Origin: an uncultured Holophagales bacterium
GTDB taxonomy: Bacteria; Acidobacteriota; Thermoanaerobaculia; Multivoradales; UBA5704
NCBI GenBank assembly: GCA_963842525.1
Contig: CAWJGT010000003.1
Location: forward strand, 1,696,001 to 1,760,000
DNA: 64,000 nucleotides
Direction of reading: 5' to 3'
Part shown: positions 8,712 to 18,806 of the stretch, in pieces
Layout: each line of letters opens with the position of its first letter
Position numbering within the stretch: position 1 is the stretch's first letter
Notes under the pieces: model-generated
Database searches by the model: none
The model's input: the letters and a program-made list of their open reading frames with translations, nothing else
Told to the model about the DNA's origin: nothing
Position numbers and translations under genes: made by a program

Positions 8712-11700
8712 TCAGTCGAATCCCTTTCGGCTTTCGTACCACTGCTCGGGACGGCGGAGCTTGAAGTCCCGTTGCCCGTTGCGCAGCTCGATGCCGACCG
8801 CGAAACGGCCGTAGCGGAGGAACAGGTCGCCCTGCTTGGCGTCTTTGGTGAATCGCAGGCGCGAGCGGAGGTCGAGACGGCCGCCGGTCACCTGCAGGGG
8901 ATTGATTTCGATGAGGCCGTCGCCGAAACGCAGATCTCCCCGTGCCACGATGCCTTCGATGCTCAGGACGCGGTCGAACCAGCGCAGGAAGCTCTTCTTG
9001 CGGGCGAAGAGGGTGAGGAGGAAGCCGGAGTCCTTCATCTCCAGGCGCGCCGAGCTGCGCAGCGAGAGCGGCCGGCTCCAGACCATCGAGCCGTCCGTCA
9101 GCTCCAGATGGGCCCACCACCCTGGGCTGTGCTCGCCGGGAGCGGCATCCGTCTCGCGATAGGTGACCTCGTCGAGGTCGAGCCGGGTGCCGCCGAGCTG
9201 GAACCGGCCCGCCCGCAGGTCCGGGCTGGCGAGCTTCGTTCGCAGCATGAGCCGTCCCGCCAGCTCCAGGTCCTGGAAGCGGGCCTGGATCGCGTCCGAG
9301 CTCAGCACGATCTCACCCTGGCCGGACTGCGCGGCGCCGTCGAGGTCGAGCCGCAGCCGCAGCCGGCCCGTGCCGGAGAGAATGGCGACCCCCGTACCGG
9401 GAGGAAAGTAGGCATTGTAGACAGTGATGTCCGGCACCTCGGCCGCCGGCAGCTCGATGACCGCCCGCAGGTCGGTGACCGGCGTCGCCAGGTCGAGGTC
9501 CTTGGATCTGACGTCGAGCCGGAGCCCGCTGCCCCGGATGTAGGAGGGCGGCGCCGGCACGGACGGATCGTCGACGCGCGGCGAGATCTCGAAGCGGTCG
9601 AAGGCGACGCGGAAGGCCGCTCCCGTGCGCGGGTCGACGCTGCCGGTCACGGTGCCCTCGCCGATCGCCAGGCTGTCGAGGAAAGCGGCGGCCACGCGCG
9701 CGTTTCCGACGGCGAGGCGGGTGCCGGGCAGGAGCCGGCCCTTGTCCAGTCGGAGGTCGACGTCGAGCCGGCCTTCGCCGTCGATCCGCAGCCAGGGAAA
9801 TTTCTGGAACCAGCGCTGCAGGAGGCCCAGGGATGAGACCCGGCCCTGCACGGCGGCGGAGCCCGAGACGAGGCGCAGGAGCTCGGCGCCGTGGAGCTGG
9901 CCGGGGACCAGCGGATCGAGCCGACCCTCGGCGCGCACGGAGAGCCGGCGGGCGACGGTGGCTCCTCCTGATTCGACGCGGCCGGCCGGCACCGCGAAGA
10001 GGATCCGCCGGACCTCCAGGCCTGACCGCGGATCGAAGGCCAGGCTCCCCTCGATCGAGCCGGGTCCGAGCAGCCGGTCCCCTGCTGCGGCGATCGAGCG
10101 GATTCCGGTGAGACGGGCCTCCCGGAGGGCCAGAGACCAGGGATTGCGCGTGCCGGCGGACCGCGCCGCCGCCGGCCGGGCAGGATCGATCCAGACGCTC
10201 ACGCCGTCGCCGGTGACCTGGTCCAGGACGATTTGGCGGCGCCGCAGGGCCGCGAGATCGATCCGCCCGCGGCCTTGCTCGACCGTCACCTGCCAGACGG
10301 CCTCCGCGGTCGCGGAGCTCAGGCGGAGCTGCGAGACCTGGAGATCGCCCGGGAGGGACAGGGCCGGTTGCGGCGCTCCCCGCAGCTCGCGGGCCTGGAC
10401 CAGGAGACGGTCGAGGCGCAGCTCGGCGGTCGTGGTGTCGATCCGCGCCGTGGCGCTCTGGAGCAGGGGCGGCCGTCCACGCCCGCCGCCGATCGCCACG
10501 TCCCGGGCCTCGGCCGTCAGCCGCAACTGCGGCCTGCCTCCGGCCGCCTCGACAGCGCCGAGGACGAGGAGGGGCCGGGAGGAGATCGCCGGCACGGGCG
10601 TATGGAGCGCGAGCCGCGAGCCCGGCAGGAGCCGGCCCCGGTCCAGGGTCAGATCGGCATCCAGGTCGCCGCCCCCGCCCCGGTCCTGCCGGCCTTGCGC
10701 CTGGAGAGAGCCGGAGAGGAAGGCGAGGCCCGCCATGCCCGGGTGCTCGCGGGGGAGATAGGGACCGAGCCGCGCCGCGGCGTCGACGTCGAGCGCGCTG
10801 GCGATCGGTCCGCGCGGGCCTTCCAGATGGCCGGCGGACGTCCGCAGCGTCGTGGGGTCGAGGGTGAGCATCCCCTGCTCGTCCAGGTTGAAGCCGCCCT
10901 CGACCGCGACGTCCCCCGCGAGGCGGTATCCGTTGACGGCCACCTCGCGGACCGCGGTCAGATGGGCTCCAGCGATGCGGACGGCCCAGGGCCGGCGCGG
11001 CGCCTGGCCAGCCTCGGGAACGACGCGCCGCTTCCGCTCGACCCGTCCGGAGACGCCCTCGCCGCGCAGGCCTTCGACCACGGCCTGCCGGCGGAGCAGG
11101 GCGGGCAGGTCGATCCGCCCGGAGGCACGATCGGCAGCCACTTCCCAGGAGACGGTCCGGCTCGCGGAGGTCAGGCGGAGGTTCTCGGCGCGGAAGTCTG
11201 CAAAGAGGGTCGCGGGCCCCTCACCCCCCTGGCCCCCCTCTCCCACCCGCACTCCCAACCCACCGGGAGAGGGGGGAAAAGGCGCTGCGCCGGAGCTTCC
11301 TGGGTGGAGACTCCCCTCTCCCGCAGGTTGGGAGTGCGGGTGGGAGAGGGGCCGGGGGTGAGGGGCCAAAGCGCGGGCCGTGGCGAGCAGCCGGCTGAGG
11401 CGCAGCTCGGACGTCGCAGCCTTCAGATGAAGGGAGTCGCTGCGGAGGAACGGCGGGCGGTCCTGCCGGCGGCCCATCGCGAGGCCCGCGGTCTCGGCCT
11501 CCAGGAGGAGCTGATCCTCGCGAGGGACCCTGAGCATCACCCGAAGCGGCCGGGGCGACCGGATGTCGATGCGGCTCCCTGCGGCCAGCCGCCCCTGGTC
11601 CACCCGCAGGTCCACGGCGACCTGGCCCGGGCCTTTCGGGGGACCTGCGGCGCGCGACAGGATGGGCACCTCCAGGATGAGGCCCCGGACCCGCAGCGTG

Positions 11701-12368
11701 CCGTTGATGAAGTCGAGGCCCGCGACCCCCGGGTGCTGCCGTGGCGCGTAGGGCGCAATCCGGGCCTCCAACTGCACCTCGAGGTCACGCGCGAGCGCCT
11801 GGTCCGCGAGCAGCAGCCGCCCCTGCGCCATCTCCAGAGAACTGTTGTCAAGGTGAAAGGAACCGCCGATCTCCAGCGAGACACCACCCCGGACGCGGCC
11901 ATCGCCGGCAAGGCGGAACCGGCCGAGGCCGATCTCCCGGACGCCGGTGAGCGACACGTCCTCGATCCGCACCGTCCAGCCGCGCCTCTTGCGAGGGGCC
12001 GCAGCCTTCTTCCCCGGAGTCAGACCGACTGCCTTACGAACCAAGGACGAGCGCACGCCGTCCCCCGCGAACCCACGGACGCGGAACCGTCGCCCGAGCA
12101 GGCCCGGGAGGTCGATCCATCCGCCGCCGCGGTCGACCTCCAGGGACCAGGCCATCCGCGCATTGCTGCCGTGGATTTCCAGCCCGCGCACATCCACCCG
12201 TCCGGGCAGCAGGCTCCAGGCCGCGGTCCAATCGATCCGCAGCCGCTCCGGCCGCCGATTCAGGGCCCAGGAGCCGACCGGCGTATTCAGGAAGGCGTTC
12301 GCGGCGAGGAGATAGAGCCCCGCGAGCAGCGCGATCGCCAGGAGCAGCCGCTGGAGCCATTTGCGCAT
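8712..12368 (-). CDS. Large N-terminally anchored beta-rich envelope protein (AsmA/DUF748-like, internally triplicated)
   Basis: 1218 aa; N-terminal TM; three repeats of G.IDL.AL..R..V....G.GV...W...I....LT.VR. Confidence 0.7.
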   Translation of the reverse strand: MRKWLQRLLLAIALLAGLYLLAANAFLNTPVGSWALNRRPERLRIDWTAAWSLLPGRVDVRGLEIHGSNARMAWSLEVDRGGGWIDLPGLLGRRFRVRGFAGDGVRSSLVRKAVGLTPGKKAAAPRKRRGWTVRIEDVSLTGVREIGLGRFRLAGDGRVRGGVSLEIGGSFHLDNSSLEMAQGRLLLADQALARDLEVQLEARIAPYAPRQHPGVAGLDFINGTLRVRGLILEVPILSRAAGPPKGPGQVAVDLRVDQGRLAAGSRIDIRSPRPLRVMLRVPREDQLLLEAETAGLAMGRRQDRPPFLRSDSLHLKAATSELRLSRLLATARALAPHPRPLSHPHSQPAGEGSLHPGSSGAAPFPPSPGGLGVRVGEGGQGGEGPATLFADFRAENLRLTSASRTVSWEVAADRASGRIDLPALLRRQAVVEGLRGEGVSGRVERKRRVVPEAGQAPRRPWAVRIAGAHLTAVREVAVNGYRLAGDVAVEGGFNLDEQGMLTLDPTTLRTSAGHLEGPRGPIASALDVDAAARLGPYLPREHPGMAGLAFLSGSLQAQGRQDRGGGGDLDADLTLDRGRLLPGSRLALHTPVPAISSRPLLVLGAVEAAGGRPQLRLTAEARDVAIGGGRGRPPLLQSATARIDTTTAELRLDRLLVQARELRGAPQPALSLPGDLQVSQLRLSSATAEAVWQVTVEQGRGRIDLAALRRRQIVLDQVTGDGVSVWIDPARPAAARSAGTRNPWSLALREARLTGIRSIAAAGDRLLGPGSIEGSLAFDPRSGLEVRRILFAVPAGRVESGGATVARRLSVRAEGRLDPLVPGQLHGAELLRLVSGSAAVQGRVSSLGLLQRWFQKFPWLRIDGEGRLDVDLRLDKGRLLPGTRLAVGNARVAAAFLDSLAIGEGTVTGSVDPRTGAAFRVAFDRFEISPRVDDPSVPAPPSYIRGSGLRLDVRSKDLDLATPVTDLRAVIELPAAEVPDITVYNAYFPPGTGVAILSGTGRLRLRLDLDGAAQSGQGEIVLSSDAIQARFQDLELAGRLMLRTKLASPDLRAGRFQLGGTRLDLDEVTYRETDAAPGEHSPGWWAHLELTDGSMVWSRPLSLRSSARLEMKDSGFLLTLFARKKSFLRWFDRVLSIEGIVARGDLRFGDGLIEINPLQVTGGRLDLRSRLRFTKDAKQGDLFLRYGRFAVGIELRNGQRDFKLRRPEQWYESRKGFD
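11215..11367. repeat. CCCTCTCCC/GGGAGAGGG palindromic element inserted in frame in the CDS
   Basis: Long inverted repeat; same family at 33096-33230, 40133-40186 and 43220-43287. Confidence 0.8.
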
Positions 12369-12399
12369 GGGGGTGTGCGAGGAAGCCTCGCACGAGAGT

Positions 12400-12714
12400 C
12401 TATCGGAGGTTTAGGAACGACGCCGCGAGAATGGTTCGCACATCCCTCGCTCCGTGCAGGACTCGCAAGATCTGAAGCGGGCGGGTTTCAGGGCGATAGA
12501 TGACCAGATAGGAGTAAACAGGCCAGAATCGGATGGGCTCCTCAGTAAGATCCTCGCGAAGATGCCCCATCAACGGCGTGCCGGCCAGTTTCGCCATGGA
12601 TTCCCGTAGCTTGCTGAGGACACGCTTTGCCGCCTCCGGACTATCCTGCCGGATGAATTCAGCGATCTCTCGCAAGTCCTCCTTCGCTGTTGGAGTGAGG
12701 AGGAATCGACTCAT
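12400..12714 (-). CDS. parE: ParE/RelE family toxin
   Basis: LTPTAKEDLREIAEFI...P.MGH.REDL...YLVIYR...ILRVLHGARD. Confidence 0.9.
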   Translation of the reverse strand: MSRFLLTPTAKEDLREIAEFIRQDSPEAAKRVLSKLRESMAKLAGTPLMGHLREDLTEEPIRFWPVYSYLVIYRPETRPLQILRVLHGARDVRTILAASFLNLR

Positions 12715-12983
12715 TCCTGGCGCTCGGAATCCGAGCCGATCCATTCCTCCAGAGAGTCGAAGACTTCGTCGCCATCCAAGAGCTCACCCTTCTTCGCTTG
12801 TTCCAAGCTGGGGGCTATCAGAACATAGGCGGCTTCTCGAGCCAGATCCCGTTCCTCCAGCAGCCGGAGCCCTTCTCGGACAACTTCGCTTTCCGAAGCA
12901 TAGCGACCCAAGGCGATACGTGAGGAGACGAAGTCTTCGAACTCGGGAGGAAGAGAGACTTTGCGAGGAGCGTGGCCGGACAT
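12711..12983 (-). CDS. parD: ParD family antitoxin (ribbon-helix-helix)
   Basis: VSLPPEFEDFV...GRYASESEVVREGLRLLEE; overlaps parE. Confidence 0.9.
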   Translation of the reverse strand: MSGHAPRKVSLPPEFEDFVSSRIALGRYASESEVVREGLRLLEERDLAREAAYVLIAPSLEQAKKGELLDGDEVFDSLEEWIGSDSERQE

Positions 12984-13093
12984 GACTTCAAGATACAACG
13001 TAGCGCAACAGGTTTCAACGAGGCGTCTGTCCGCGTCCTACGGCCCCGTTCCTGCAAGGTAGGATTGCGGTGGGTGTGGAAAGGGGGGTGAAG

Positions 13094-13501
13094 ATGCCAT
13101 GGCACCGGTGGGTGGACCACACGTCCGAAGCCCAGCTCCAGTTGGGAGCGGACAGCTTCGCCGGGATCGCGGCCGAGGCGGGGCGGGCATTGGCGGGCCT
13201 CCTGCTGCGCGGTGAGGCGGCTGAGCCCGATGGCACGCCGTGGATGCTCGAGGTCAGCTCCCACGACCGGGAGGCGCTCCTCGTCGACTGGCTCAACGAG
13301 ATCCTCTACATCGCCGAGACCCAGCTCTGGGTCCCGGTCGACTTCGACGTCCTGGAGGCCTCGGCCACGCACCTGCGGGCGAAAGCCCGAGGCGTGTCCG
13401 TTGCCATCTCCCCATCCCTTGTCAAAGCGGCCACCTTCCACGGCCTCCAGGTGGAGGAGGGGGAGGACGGACTGCGCGCGGAGGTGATTTTCGACGTATG
13501 A
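13094..13501 (+). CDS. Archease
   Basis: DHTSE N-terminus, LLVDWLNEILY, VKAATFH, C-terminal FDV. Confidence 0.92.
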   Translation: MPWHRWVDHTSEAQLQLGADSFAGIAAEAGRALAGLLLRGEAAEPDGTPWMLEVSSHDREALLVDWLNEILYIAETQLWVPVDFDVLEASATHLRAKARGVSVAISPSLVKAATFHGLQVEEGEDGLRAEVIFDV

Positions 13502-14949
13502 CGACCCAGACACTGAAGGCCAAGGCATCCAGCTATCCCGCCAGCCGGGTGAGCCCCGTGCTGGTCGAGATCCCGAAGTCGGCGCGGTCCGACATGAACG
13601 TCCCGGCCCGCGTCTGGGCCGACGAGGTGCTCTGGGAGAAGGCGGTCACCGACCGCACCCTGGACCAGCTCGTCAACGTGGCCACCCTGCCGGGCATCAC
13701 CGGCTATGCCCATGCCATGCCCGACGCCCATGAAGGCTACGGCTTTCCGGTCGGCGGCGTGGCTGCTTTCCGCGCCGAGGACGGCGTCATCTCGCCCGGC
13801 GGCGTCGGCTATGACATCAACTGCGGCGTCCGCCTGCTTGTCTCCGACCTGCAGGTGAACGAGGTGCGGGACCGCATCGAGCCGCTCCTCCATGACCTCA
13901 GCCGGAGCATCCCGTCCGGCACCGGCAAGGGCGGCGACCTGAAGCTGGGCGCGGACGACATGGACCGCGTGCTCGCCGAGGGGTGCGGATACCTCCTGGA
14001 GCGCGGCCTCGCGCTGCCCGAGGACGTCGAGCATACCGAAGCGGGCGGGGCCCTGCCGGGCGCCGATCCGGACAAGGTCTCGACGCGGGCCCGCGAGCGC
14101 GGACGCGGCCAGCTCGGTACCATCGGCTCCGGTAACCACTTCGTCGAGATCCAGCGGGTCGACCGCATCCTCGACGACAAGGCCGCCCGTGCGCTGGGGC
14201 TGCGCGAAGGGCAGCTCACGATCCTGATCCACACCGGATCGCGCGGCCTGGGGCACCAGGTCTGCACGGACTATGTGCGGGCCATGGATGCGGTCATGGC
14301 CCGCCACGGCATCAAGCTGCCGGATCGCGAGCTGGCCTGCGCGCCGTTCTCCTCGCCCGAGGGCAAGGCCTACTTCGTTGCCATGTGCGCCGCCGCCAAT
14401 TACGCCTTCGCGAACCGCCAGGCCATCACCCACGCGGCCCGGCAGGTCTTCAAGCATGCCCTGGGGGACCAGGGACGGCTGCGTCTCGTCTACGACGTGG
14501 CCCACAACATGGCGAAGCTGGAAGAGCATGGCAAGCGCAAGCTCGTGGTCCACCGCAAGGGAGCGACCCGCGCCTTCGGCCCCTCCCATCCGGAGACCCC
14601 GCGGGCCTACCGGGGAATTGGCCAGCCGGTGTTCATCCCGGGCAGCATGGGGACCGCCTCCTACGTGCTGGTGGGGACCGACGAAGGCTTCGGCCTCACC
14701 TTCGGCAGCACCTGCCACGGCGCCGGCCGGGCCATGAGCCGGACCGCGGCGAAGAAGGTGAAGTCCGGCCAGGAGGTGCGCAAGGACCTGGAAGAGAAGG
14801 GGATCGTGGTCCGCGCCTCGACGGGCGAGCTGGCCGAAGAGGCCCCCCACGCCTACAAGGACGTCGACCGGGTCGTCGAGGTCGTCCACCAGGCCGGCCT
14901 GGCGCGCAAGGTCGCCCGCCTCGTACCCGTCGGAGTCATCAAGGGCTGA
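13498..14949 (+). CDS. rtcB: RtcB 3'-phosphate RNA ligase
   Basis: MPDAHEGYGFPVGG, GYDINCGVR, GSGNHFVE, HTGSRG, VHRKGAT, HGAGR, EEAP.AYKDV. Confidence 0.97.
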   Translation: MTTQTLKAKASSYPASRVSPVLVEIPKSARSDMNVPARVWADEVLWEKAVTDRTLDQLVNVATLPGITGYAHAMPDAHEGYGFPVGGVAAFRAEDGVISPGGVGYDINCGVRLLVSDLQVNEVRDRIEPLLHDLSRSIPSGTGKGGDLKLGADDMDRVLAEGCGYLLERGLALPEDVEHTEAGGALPGADPDKVSTRARERGRGQLGTIGSGNHFVEIQRVDRILDDKAARALGLREGQLTILIHTGSRGLGHQVCTDYVRAMDAVMARHGIKLPDRELACAPFSSPEGKAYFVAMCAAANYAFANRQAITHAARQVFKHALGDQGRLRLVYDVAHNMAKLEEHGKRKLVVHRKGATRAFGPSHPETPRAYRGIGQPVFIPGSMGTASYVLVGTDEGFGLTFGSTCHGAGRAMSRTAAKKVKSGQEVRKDLEEKGIVVRASTGELAEEAPHAYKDVDRVVEVVHQAGLARKVARLVPVGVIKG

Positions 14950-15037
14950 CCGGGAGGTGACCGGAAAAGAGGAAAGCACACCGATTGCCACACCCGCGGT
15001 GTGCGAAAGCCGGGTCGAGCGTTTAAAATGAATACCG

Positions 15038-15310
15038 ATGACCGAAAAGAAGGAACCGACCCCAAACCCGGAAGCCGGCCAGGGCCGCGGCCCCACCACC
15101 GTCAATGCCGCCACCCAGGCGCTGGAGCGCGCCGGCCGGCCCCTCACCACCCAGGAGCTGATCCCTGAGATGAAAGCGCTCGGCTGGAGGAGCCGGGGCG
15201 GCGAGTACTACTCCGTCTTCGGCGCCCTGGCCCGGGCCGCGAAGCAGGAGGGGACCCGGGTGGTCAAGGCCGGACCGGGAGCCTGGGGGCTGCGCGACTG
15301 GTTGTTTTGA
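15038..15310 (+). CDS. Winged-HTH (HARE-HTH-like) protein
   Basis: AA..ALERAGRPLT..EL...GPGAWGLRDW. Confidence 0.7.
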   Translation: MTEKKEPTPNPEAGQGRGPTTVNAATQALERAGRPLTTQELIPEMKALGWRSRGGEYYSVFGALARAAKQEGTRVVKAGPGAWGLRDWLF

Positions 15311-15338
15311 AGAGACGGCTCACGGTGCGAGATGAGCA

Positions 15339-15404
15339 ATGAGCCGGGTCAACGGTCAGGTTGCCTGACGATGAGCCCGGCTAACGGTCAGGCTGCCTGA
15401 CGAT
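15339..15404. promoter_or_regulatory. 32-bp tandem repeat, each copy carrying palindrome GTCAGG-N3-CCTGAC (putative operator)
   Basis: AACGGTCAGGYTGCCTGACGAT at 15351 and 15383. Confidence 0.5.
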
Positions 15405-15496
15405 TGGCAGGGTTGAGGAGCCCGTCTGAACAAACGGGCCTTCGAGGTGTCCAGAGACGGCACGGTGTTGCCACCGGAGCCGAAAGGAGCCTCGCG

Positions 15497-17203
15497 ATGC
15501 GCCGATCCGTTCGTAGCAGCCGTTTCTTCCTCGCCTCGATCCTGCTGATCCTGCTGGCCTTGTCCCGGCCTCCCCTTGCGGCCCAGGCTCTTCCGGAGCC
15601 GGCCGAGCCCGGGAGGCGTGCCTTCGTCCTCGGCCAGGACAAGCTGGCTGTGATCGACGACGCCAGCTTCTCGCTCCTCGCCACCATCCCCCTGCCGCAG
15701 CGCACCATGACGTGGTGGCTCTCCGAGGACGGCACCCGCCTGAGCGTCATCTCGCAGGAGGGCATCTTCCGCATCCGCGAGGCGGCCCGGCTGACCGTCG
15801 TCGATCTGACGACCCTCAAGGCCCTGCCTACAGTGCCGCTCGATTTTCACTTCCAGAGCGCGCTCAAGGCCAAGGACGGCAGGACCGGGTACGTGCTCTT
15901 CACGGGCCGGCCCGGCAAGAAGGGTGCGGAGCATGTGCCGCCTTCGCTCGTGCGGATCGACGCCGCGGCGGGCCGGCCGGCTGGCCGCCGCGAGCTGACT
16001 GAGGTCCCCACCTTCATGACACTTACCGGCGACGAGTCCGCGCTCCTGCTGTTCGACCGCGGCGAGCTGGGCACGGAGCCGGCGAAGAGGCGCCCCGCGC
16101 ACCTGGAGATCCTGGACGCCGGCACCCTGGAGCCGCGTGCCGTGCTCGACCTGCCCGGCCCCTTCGCCGATCTCTTCTGGAACGGCGACCGGTCGCTCTT
16201 CTATCTGCTCGACCCCGGCATCGACCACAAGCAGCCGGAGCGGGCCGTGCCCGGGCACGTCTATGTGATCGATCCGGCCGCGGCCAAGCTGGTGGCCGAC
16301 CTGGAGGTGGGTGTCGGCCCCGGGCCGCTCTCCTGGGACCCGCAGAAAGAGGTTTTCTATCTCCTCACCCGGCCGCGCAAGGCGAAGGACGCGGCAGCCT
16401 CGATCCAGGTGCTCGACCGCGACCGGATCGTCAAGGAGCTGGAGCTGCCGCGCCGGCCGCTGTCGGTCGTCCCGGCGCCGGACCGCAGCCGTTTCTATGT
16501 CCTGGAGGACGCGGGAATCACGATCGTGGACGGCGAGATCTCGGGCATCGAAGGACGGATCCCATTGACCCGCCCCGCCGCGAATCTGATCCTCCTCGAT
16601 CCGCCGGTGCGCGGCTACGTCCTCCACCCCGACTCGGGCGTCGTGAGCGCCATCGACCTCCAATCGCGGCACGTCCTCGCCGAGGTCACGACCGGGCGCA
16701 CAGGTGTGAAAGTTGGCAAGTGGATGGCGGCCGTGGCGGCGACGACCCTGGGCGGCATGCAGGCGCAGATGCTCTACGGCAACTACGCCCTCGGCCAGGT
16801 CGTCACCGTCCCGGCGGCGCAGACCGGAGCCTTCGTGGCGCCGGACGGCAAGACGATCTACGTCCACAACAGCCAGACCAACGACCTGACGCAGATCGAC
16901 ACCGAGACCCAGAAGGTCCTCGGCATGTTCGGCGCCGGATCGCACCTGGAGACCGTGCTCGACGGAAAATACCTGGCCGCACCAAAGCCGGGCGAGCTGG
17001 TCCTGGTCGACCTCGCCGCCCGCCAGCCGCTGCCGCAGATCGAGGTCCCCGGCATGACCACCCTCTGCCCCGACGGCCGCCACGCCTACAGCCTCGGCAT
17101 GCGCGGCCTCGGCATCGTCGACCTGGAGACGAGGAAGATCGTGAAGCAGCTTCCGGAGGTGCCGATGGGGTTCGTCTTCTATTTTCCGAAGGAGGGGAGC
17201 TGA
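15497..17203 (+). CDS. Secreted YncE-like beta-propeller protein
   Basis: Signal peptide; repeated V.VID....KV...I.VG and PDG..YV blades. Confidence 0.8.
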   Translation: MRRSVRSSRFFLASILLILLALSRPPLAAQALPEPAEPGRRAFVLGQDKLAVIDDASFSLLATIPLPQRTMTWWLSEDGTRLSVISQEGIFRIREAARLTVVDLTTLKALPTVPLDFHFQSALKAKDGRTGYVLFTGRPGKKGAEHVPPSLVRIDAAAGRPAGRRELTEVPTFMTLTGDESALLLFDRGELGTEPAKRRPAHLEILDAGTLEPRAVLDLPGPFADLFWNGDRSLFYLLDPGIDHKQPERAVPGHVYVIDPAAAKLVADLEVGVGPGPLSWDPQKEVFYLLTRPRKAKDAAASIQVLDRDRIVKELELPRRPLSVVPAPDRSRFYVLEDAGITIVDGEISGIEGRIPLTRPAANLILLDPPVRGYVLHPDSGVVSAIDLQSRHVLAEVTTGRTGVKVGKWMAAVAATTLGGMQAQMLYGNYALGQVVTVPAAQTGAFVAPDGKTIYVHNSQTNDLTQIDTETQKVLGMFGAGSHLETVLDGKYLAAPKPGELVLVDLAARQPLPQIEVPGMTTLCPDGRHAYSLGMRGLGIVDLETRKIVKQLPEVPMGFVFYFPKEGS

Positions 17204-17373
17204 CGCTGGCTTTGGGGAGCGTACGCTGAGCCAGTGTCTCGGGAAACTGCGCCAGCGCGAGCTGACGCTGGCTTTGCGGAGCGTACGCTGGGCCAGTGTC
17301 TCGGGACGCTGCACCCTGGAGTCTGCTGTCAACCGCTCCCGCGAAGAGCCGGCAAGACGCCAGCGCTCCCAGG
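17197..17373. repeat. 62-bp direct repeat pair plus REP-like GAGCCGGCAAGACGCCAGCGCTCCCAGG
   Basis: GAGCTGACGCTGGCTTTG..GAGCGTACGCTG.GCCAGTGTCTCGGGA at 17197 and 17259. Confidence 0.65.
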
Positions 17374-17635
17374 GGGCGCTCCCAGGGTTTTCAAGGCACG
17401 TAGGGGTCACAGGGGTCGGCCGGTCCGGTGCCGGCGAGGAGCTTGCCCAGGGCTGGGCGCTCAGGAGGCACTCCGGTTGCAATCATAAGGGTATATGTGT
17501 TTATAACAAAGAATGTACCAGCTTGACAACTTTCTGGTCAAGAGTATTCTAGCTTTACAAAGTCATCTTCTTCACGGCGACCTGTGGGACTCCAGTCCCA
17601 TCTGGAGCCGGCCCGCCGGGGATCTTCGGAGAATT

Positions 17636-18751
17636 ATGGAACTGAAATCCGTGCCCTCGCCCTCTTCCAACATCTTTATCAACTATCGCCGCGACGACTG
17701 CGCGGGCCATGCGGGCCGGCTGAAGGATGTCCTCAACCGCCATTTCTCCGGCCGGGTGTTCATGGATCTCGACACCATCGATCCTGGAGTCGACTTCGTT
17801 GACGCGATCGAGCACGCCGTCGGCTCGTGCGAGGTGCTGATCGTCATGATCGGTAGGGACTGGCTGACTGCCACCGACGGGCGGCGGCGCCTCGACAACC
17901 CGGATGACTTCGTGCGCCTGGAGATTGCGAAGGCGCTCGAGCGCAGCATCCGGGTCATCCCCGTGCTGGTGGACGGCGCCTCGATGCCGCGGTCCTCAGA
18001 TCTGCCCCCGGTCCTCGCCAGTCTGGCTCGGCGCAATGCGATCGAGCTCAGCAATGCCCGTTGGGCTTTCGACGTGGAACGGCTCGAGCAGGTGATTACG
18101 GGCGTTCTTGTCGCTCGCGGAGCTGTCCAGATCGCGCCGCAATCCCCGGTTCCCGCGCGGACCCGTGGAATAGGCTCGAAGGCCTGGCTCGGCCTCCTCG
18201 CCGCGATAGTGCTGGCGGTGGGAGTCTGGGCGCTGTGGAACGCTGGCAGTCAGGGGCGAGTTCGCAACGGCAACGACGAACAGAACAGACCGCTGTCCGT
18301 AGAGACCGTGACGCCTTCGGACAACGACGTTGCGTTGACGCCCGCTCCCGGCGAGGAGAGTTCCGCAGTGGAGGTCTATTCCGAAGGTCGCTTGACCATG
18401 CGAGAGAACTCATTGTGCGATCTCGATGTAGGGAGCGAAAGCACGCTAGGCGCTGATCTCGCGTGGCGCCAGGTCTCGCGGACCAAGAGATTCCTCACAC
18501 CGCAGAATGGCACGGAGCTCAGCGTCGTCGGCCTGCGGGATTTTGATTCGATCAGACCCGCGGACCTGTCCCGGTTCCAGTATTCCCAGGAGGAGATCGA
18601 CGCCAGCAAAGCGACCTTCGGCGCGAAATCCCGACGGCTTCCCCAGGGCACCGTCATCGCCTATCGAACGAACGAGGGGCGATACGGGAAGCTCCGGGTC
18701 GAGGAATACGGTCAGGATCTGACCATCCGTTGGACCACGTATCCGAATTGA
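17636..18751 (+). CDS. TIR_2 domain protein with TM helix and C-terminal extracytoplasmic domain
   Basis: [35 protein letters not shown]; [20 protein letters not shown]. Confidence 0.88.
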   Translation: MELKSVPSPSSNIFINYRRDDCAGHAGRLKDVLNRHFSGRVFMDLDTIDPGVDFVDAIEHAVGSCEVLIVMIGRDWLTATDGRRRLDNPDDFVRLEIAKALERSIRVIPVLVDGASMPRSSDLPPVLASLARRNAIELSNARWAFDVERLEQVITGVLVARGAVQIAPQSPVPARTRGIGSKAWLGLLAAIVLAVGVWALWNAGSQGRVRNGNDEQNRPLSVETVTPSDNDVALTPAPGEESSAVEVYSEGRLTMRENSLCDLDVGSESTLGADLAWRQVSRTKRFLTPQNGTELSVVGLRDFDSIRPADLSRFQYSQEEIDASKATFGAKSRRLPQGTVIAYRTNEGRYGKLRVEEYGQDLTIRWTTYPN

Positions 18752-18806
18752 TCCGATCCGCCCACTGACAGGGCGCGGCGCCTCCGAGGGCGAGCCGAGC
18801 GCCGCC

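Noticed and set aside
15467-15482. Sigma54 promoter CGGCACGGTGTTGC
   Set aside because: GG-to-GC spacing is 9, not the required 10
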